Assembly (NCBI RefSeq): GCF_000010065.1
Contig: NC_006576.1
Span: forward strand, 1,860,001 to 1,892,000
Length of the DNA: 32,000 nt
Origin: Synechococcus elongatus PCC 6301
GTDB lineage: Bacteria; Cyanobacteriota; Cyanobacteriia; Synechococcales; Synechococcaceae
Direction: 5' to 3'
In this document: one piece after another, positions 29,170 through 32,000 of the stretch
Layout: every line of letters begins with the position of its first letter
Position numbering within the stretch: position 1 is the first letter of the stretch
The notes under the pieces: model-generated
Database searches by the model: none
The model's input: only the letters and a program-made list of their open reading frames with translations
What the model was told of the DNA's origin: nothing
Translations under genes and position numbers: made by a program

Positions 29170-30204
29170 TCAGTTTTGACGGACGTACTGTAGGATACCG
29201 CGGGCGATCGCTTCTGCCATTTTGCGCCGGTGATTGGGGTTGGCTAGGTTGCGGCTGTCCTCACTGCCCGTCACGAAGCCGGTTTCCACCAGAACGGCAG
29301 GCATGGTGGTACGCCGAATCACGTAAAACCGTGCCTGACGCACACCGCGATCGCGAATCGATACGCTGGACAGAATTGACTGATGGATAGTGCGAGCCAG
29401 TCGTTCTCCCGCTTGGGAAGCGTAGTAGTAGGTCTCGAGTCCATTGACTTCGGGGCGATCGAGACTGAGGGCATTGGCATGGATGCTGACAAAAATATCG
29501 GCACGGGCCTGCTCTGCAATTTGTACCCGTGGCTCGAGATCAAGGTCGATGTCCGCGGTGCGAGTCATGCGGACATCGAGACCGCTGTTGCGGAGAATCG
29601 CGGCGACTTGCTGGGAAATGTCGAGAACCAGCTCCGCTTCTTGCAGGCCGTTGATCCCGATCGCACCTGGATCGGGACCGCCATGACCTGGGTCAATTAC
29701 GACAATCTGGCGGCCCACCTGAGGCGATCGCGGTGGGGGTAGCTGGGGCTGTCGAGAGGGCGGGGGCGTCACCGGCGATCGCGGTGGCACAATGCCCCCA
29801 CCTGCAAAGCGGAGTGCTGGCTGCAGCCGAATCTGCCAAGTGGTGGCATCGGGGCCTTCGACCCGTAGCTGACTGGGATCGACTGTATAGCCTGGGGCAA
29901 TTTCAATCACGAGGCGAGTAATGCCGGCTTCGGGCTGACCCACCCGAATTTCCCGGATACCGGCACCCCCCTGAATCGGCGATCGATTGGCAGGTAAGGT
30001 GGCGCCCGGCAGGTCGATCACGATCCGCTGGGGATTAAAGATCAGTTGCGCTTGGGGAGCGATCGCCCCTTGAGTCTTGAACTCTAGGCGATTCTGACTC
30101 GCATCCAAGCGCCAAAACAGCAGTTGATTGGCTCGGGCCGGCAACGCTAAAACTGTCGTGAGTAACAGGCTGCCTAGACCAATAGCCCAAGTTCGCGATC
30201 GCAT
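29170..30204 (-). CDS. N-acetylmuramoyl-L-alanine amidase (Amidase_3) with N-terminal AMIN domain
   Basis: Signal peptide, AMIN-like region, then IVVIDPGHGGPDPGAIGINGLQEAELVLDISQQ, SIHANALS, VLVETGFVTG. Confidence 0.93.
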   Translation of the reverse strand: MRSRTWAIGLGSLLLTTVLALPARANQLLFWRLDASQNRLEFKTQGAIAPQAQLIFNPQRIVIDLPGATLPANRSPIQGGAGIREIRVGQPEAGITRLVIEIAPGYTVDPSQLRVEGPDATTWQIRLQPALRFAGGGIVPPRSPVTPPPSRQPQLPPPRSPQVGRQIVVIDPGHGGPDPGAIGINGLQEAELVLDISQQVAAILRNSGLDVRMTRTADIDLDLEPRVQIAEQARADIFVSIHANALSLDRPEVNGLETYYYASQAGERLARTIHQSILSSVSIRDRGVRQARFYVIRRTTMPAVLVETGFVTGSEDSRNLANPNHRRKMAEAIARGILQYVRQN

Positions 30205-30253
30205 GCCTGTTCTCCTCAGCCAAGCTCACTCTGCTGCCTGCCCGACGCTGCCA

Positions 30254-31639
30254 CTAAGAGCCAGGTTCCACAGCAGTCGTGGGTTCTCCTCGGAAGGCTA
30301 ACCGCAACAGCGGGGGAGCCAGGAACGTGGTCATGATCACCATGACAATCACGCCTGCGTTCAGCGATTCGGACAGAATACCGCTGCTCGCGCCCACCCC
30401 TGCAAAAACGAGGCCGACCTCACCGCGCGGAATCATCCCTACGCCTATCGCCAGACGGTTGAGCGGGGTCGAACTACCCACCAAGCGGAAGCCGGTGATC
30501 ACTTTGCCCAGCACGGCTACAACTAGCAAGAAGCCGGCAATAATCAGCCCGGCCCGATTGACTGGATCGGCTGGGTTGAGAACGCTCAGATCGGTTTTGG
30601 CACCAACCACCACAAAAAAGATCGGCACGAGAACGTCAGCCAGGGGTTTCACCTGCTCCTTCAGTTCTTCGCCCTTCTCGGTTTCAGCCAAAATTAAGCC
30701 GACAGCAAACGCCCCCAAAATGGCTTCCAGACGCACAAACTGAGCAATCAAGCCCGCTAGGATGGCAGCGACCAAGGCGACCACCAGCACTTCACCCCGA
30801 GTCTGCATGCTGCTGACCAGGTTGACGAAGAACGGATTCAGCCAGCGGCCGATAAAAATGGCACCCACCAAAAAGGCCGTCGAGCTGACGATCAAAATCA
30901 CAATGTTGCTGGGGCGAATTTCGCCGGTTTTCGCCAAGCTGCTCACGACCGCCAAGACGATGATGCCGAGGATGTCATCGATGATGGCGGCGCCAATGAT
31001 GATTTGACCTTCTGGTGAATTGAGTCGGCCTAGCTCAGACAGCACCTTGGCTGTAATGCCAATGCTAGTGGCGGTGAGGGCAGCCCCGGCAAAGACAGCC
31101 GGAATCGTCGCAATGTGGAACAGGTAAATCAGGCCCAACGTGCCGGCGGCAAAGGGTGCTGCGACGCCCACAACGGCCACGATCGCTGCCTTCGTGCCAA
31201 CCTTGAGCAGTTCATCGAGGTTAGATTCGAGGCCAATTTCGAATAAGAGGATAATGACGCCAATCTCAGACAGCACCGAGATCACTTCTGACTGCGTCGC
31301 AAAAATCGTCGGCATCCAGTTGTCAGGGGCGCCGCTGATCTGCTGCAGGAAGTTGAGGAGAACGACATCCTCGGCTCCGGCTCCACTCGAGGGGAACACG
31401 AGAAGTCGCAGAACAGAGGTGCCGACCAGGACGCCTCCCAGTAGCTCACCCAGCACGGGGGGGAGATTGACACGCACGCAGAGTTCCCCACCCAGTTTGC
31501 TGGCGAGGTAGACCACGACCAGTCCTAGAAGCACAGAGACCAAAATCAGGGTCGAGGCTTCAGGACTCTCAATAATCTCAATCGTCTCGGCCAAGATGGG
31601 AGGCCATCCCAGCGCTGAACTCAAGAATTGAAGCATCAA
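30254..31639 (-). CDS. CPA2-family Na+(K+)/H+ antiporter
   Basis: 461 aa multi-TM protein; LPPVLGELLGGVLVG, GAAIIDDILGIIVLAVVSSL, GVGMIPRGEVGLVFAGVG. Confidence 0.9.
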   Translation of the reverse strand: MMLQFLSSALGWPPILAETIEIIESPEASTLILVSVLLGLVVVYLASKLGGELCVRVNLPPVLGELLGGVLVGTSVLRLLVFPSSGAGAEDVVLLNFLQQISGAPDNWMPTIFATQSEVISVLSEIGVIILLFEIGLESNLDELLKVGTKAAIVAVVGVAAPFAAGTLGLIYLFHIATIPAVFAGAALTATSIGITAKVLSELGRLNSPEGQIIIGAAIIDDILGIIVLAVVSSLAKTGEIRPSNIVILIVSSTAFLVGAIFIGRWLNPFFVNLVSSMQTRGEVLVVALVAAILAGLIAQFVRLEAILGAFAVGLILAETEKGEELKEQVKPLADVLVPIFFVVVGAKTDLSVLNPADPVNRAGLIIAGFLLVVAVLGKVITGFRLVGSSTPLNRLAIGVGMIPRGEVGLVFAGVGASSGILSESLNAGVIVMVIMTTFLAPPLLRLAFRGEPTTAVEPGS

Positions 31640-31674
31640 GTGTCTTTACACTCCTTGTACGGATACAGCCGAGA

Positions 31675-32000
31675 TTATGCACTCGGGACTGTAGTTGAAA
31701 GGACGCGGTGTTGGAGACAGGGCATCTGCTGGCGCACGGTAGCCAGCCGCCGAGGCGAGATTTCAGCGATCGCGAGGCCAGGCTCGCGCCCTGCATTGGC
31801 CAAAACAATCCCCCACGGATCGACAATCATGGCGTGGCCATGGGTTTGACGGCGTCCGTAATGAACACCCGTTTGTGCCGGCGCAATGATATATGCCGTA
31901 TTCTCAATCGCTCGGGCCTGCAGCAGTACCTGCCAGTGATCTTTGCCGGTAAAGGCAGTGAATGCCGCTGGCACAAAAATCACTTCTGCCGACTGATTGG
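31675..32000 (-). CDS. Carbon-nitrogen hydrolase (nitrilase/omega-amidase family), N-terminus cut by window edge
   Basis: VIFVPAAFTAFTGKDHWQVLLQARAIENTAYIIAPAQTG...THGHAMIVDPWGIVLA, a typical C-N hydrolase C-terminal half. Open to the right edge. Confidence 0.9.
   Translation of the reverse strand, partial: NQSAEVIFVPAAFTAFTGKDHWQVLLQARAIENTAYIIAPAQTGVHYGRRQTHGHAMIVDPWGIVLANAGREPGLAIAEISPRRLATVRQQMPCLQHRVLSTTVPSA

Noticed and set aside
1-32000. CRISPR array, transposon, prophage, toxin-antitoxin or retron
   Set aside because: No regularly spaced direct repeats, transposase/integrase, reverse transcriptase or phage genes seen on either strand. The recurrent short motif is HIP1, which is dispersed and not an array.

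Overview
This window looks like an ordinary cyanobacterial chromosome segment. High density of the HIP1 octamer (GCGATCGC) and the protein sequences suggest Synechococcus elongatus-like, but that assignment is inference. It is gene-dense and mostly housekeeping. Contents: hypD (partial) / DHOD-like / nifJ(PFOR) cluster; PIN-TRAM membrane protein; hemW-like; panB; SRP (4.5S) RNA; small coiled-coil protein; thiD; ftsZ; ftsQ; small conserved membrane protein; ddl; miaB; dipeptide epimerase + DUF1611 pair; lpxA; RND efflux pair; tRNA-His(GTG); DUF4359-like; orphan Nif11-like protein; prfC; DUF1802 and an overlapping small ORF; polyprenyl synthase; murI; amidase; CPA2 Na+/H+ antiporter; and a partial nitrilase-family protein. 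I found no CRISPR array, transposon, prophage or clear defence island. The most interesting items are the epimerase/DUF1611 pair (possible D-Glu or muropeptide metabolism), the hypD/DHOD-like/PFOR cluster, the unnamed protein between ddl and ftsQ, the orphan Nif11-like protein, and the HIP1 abundance.
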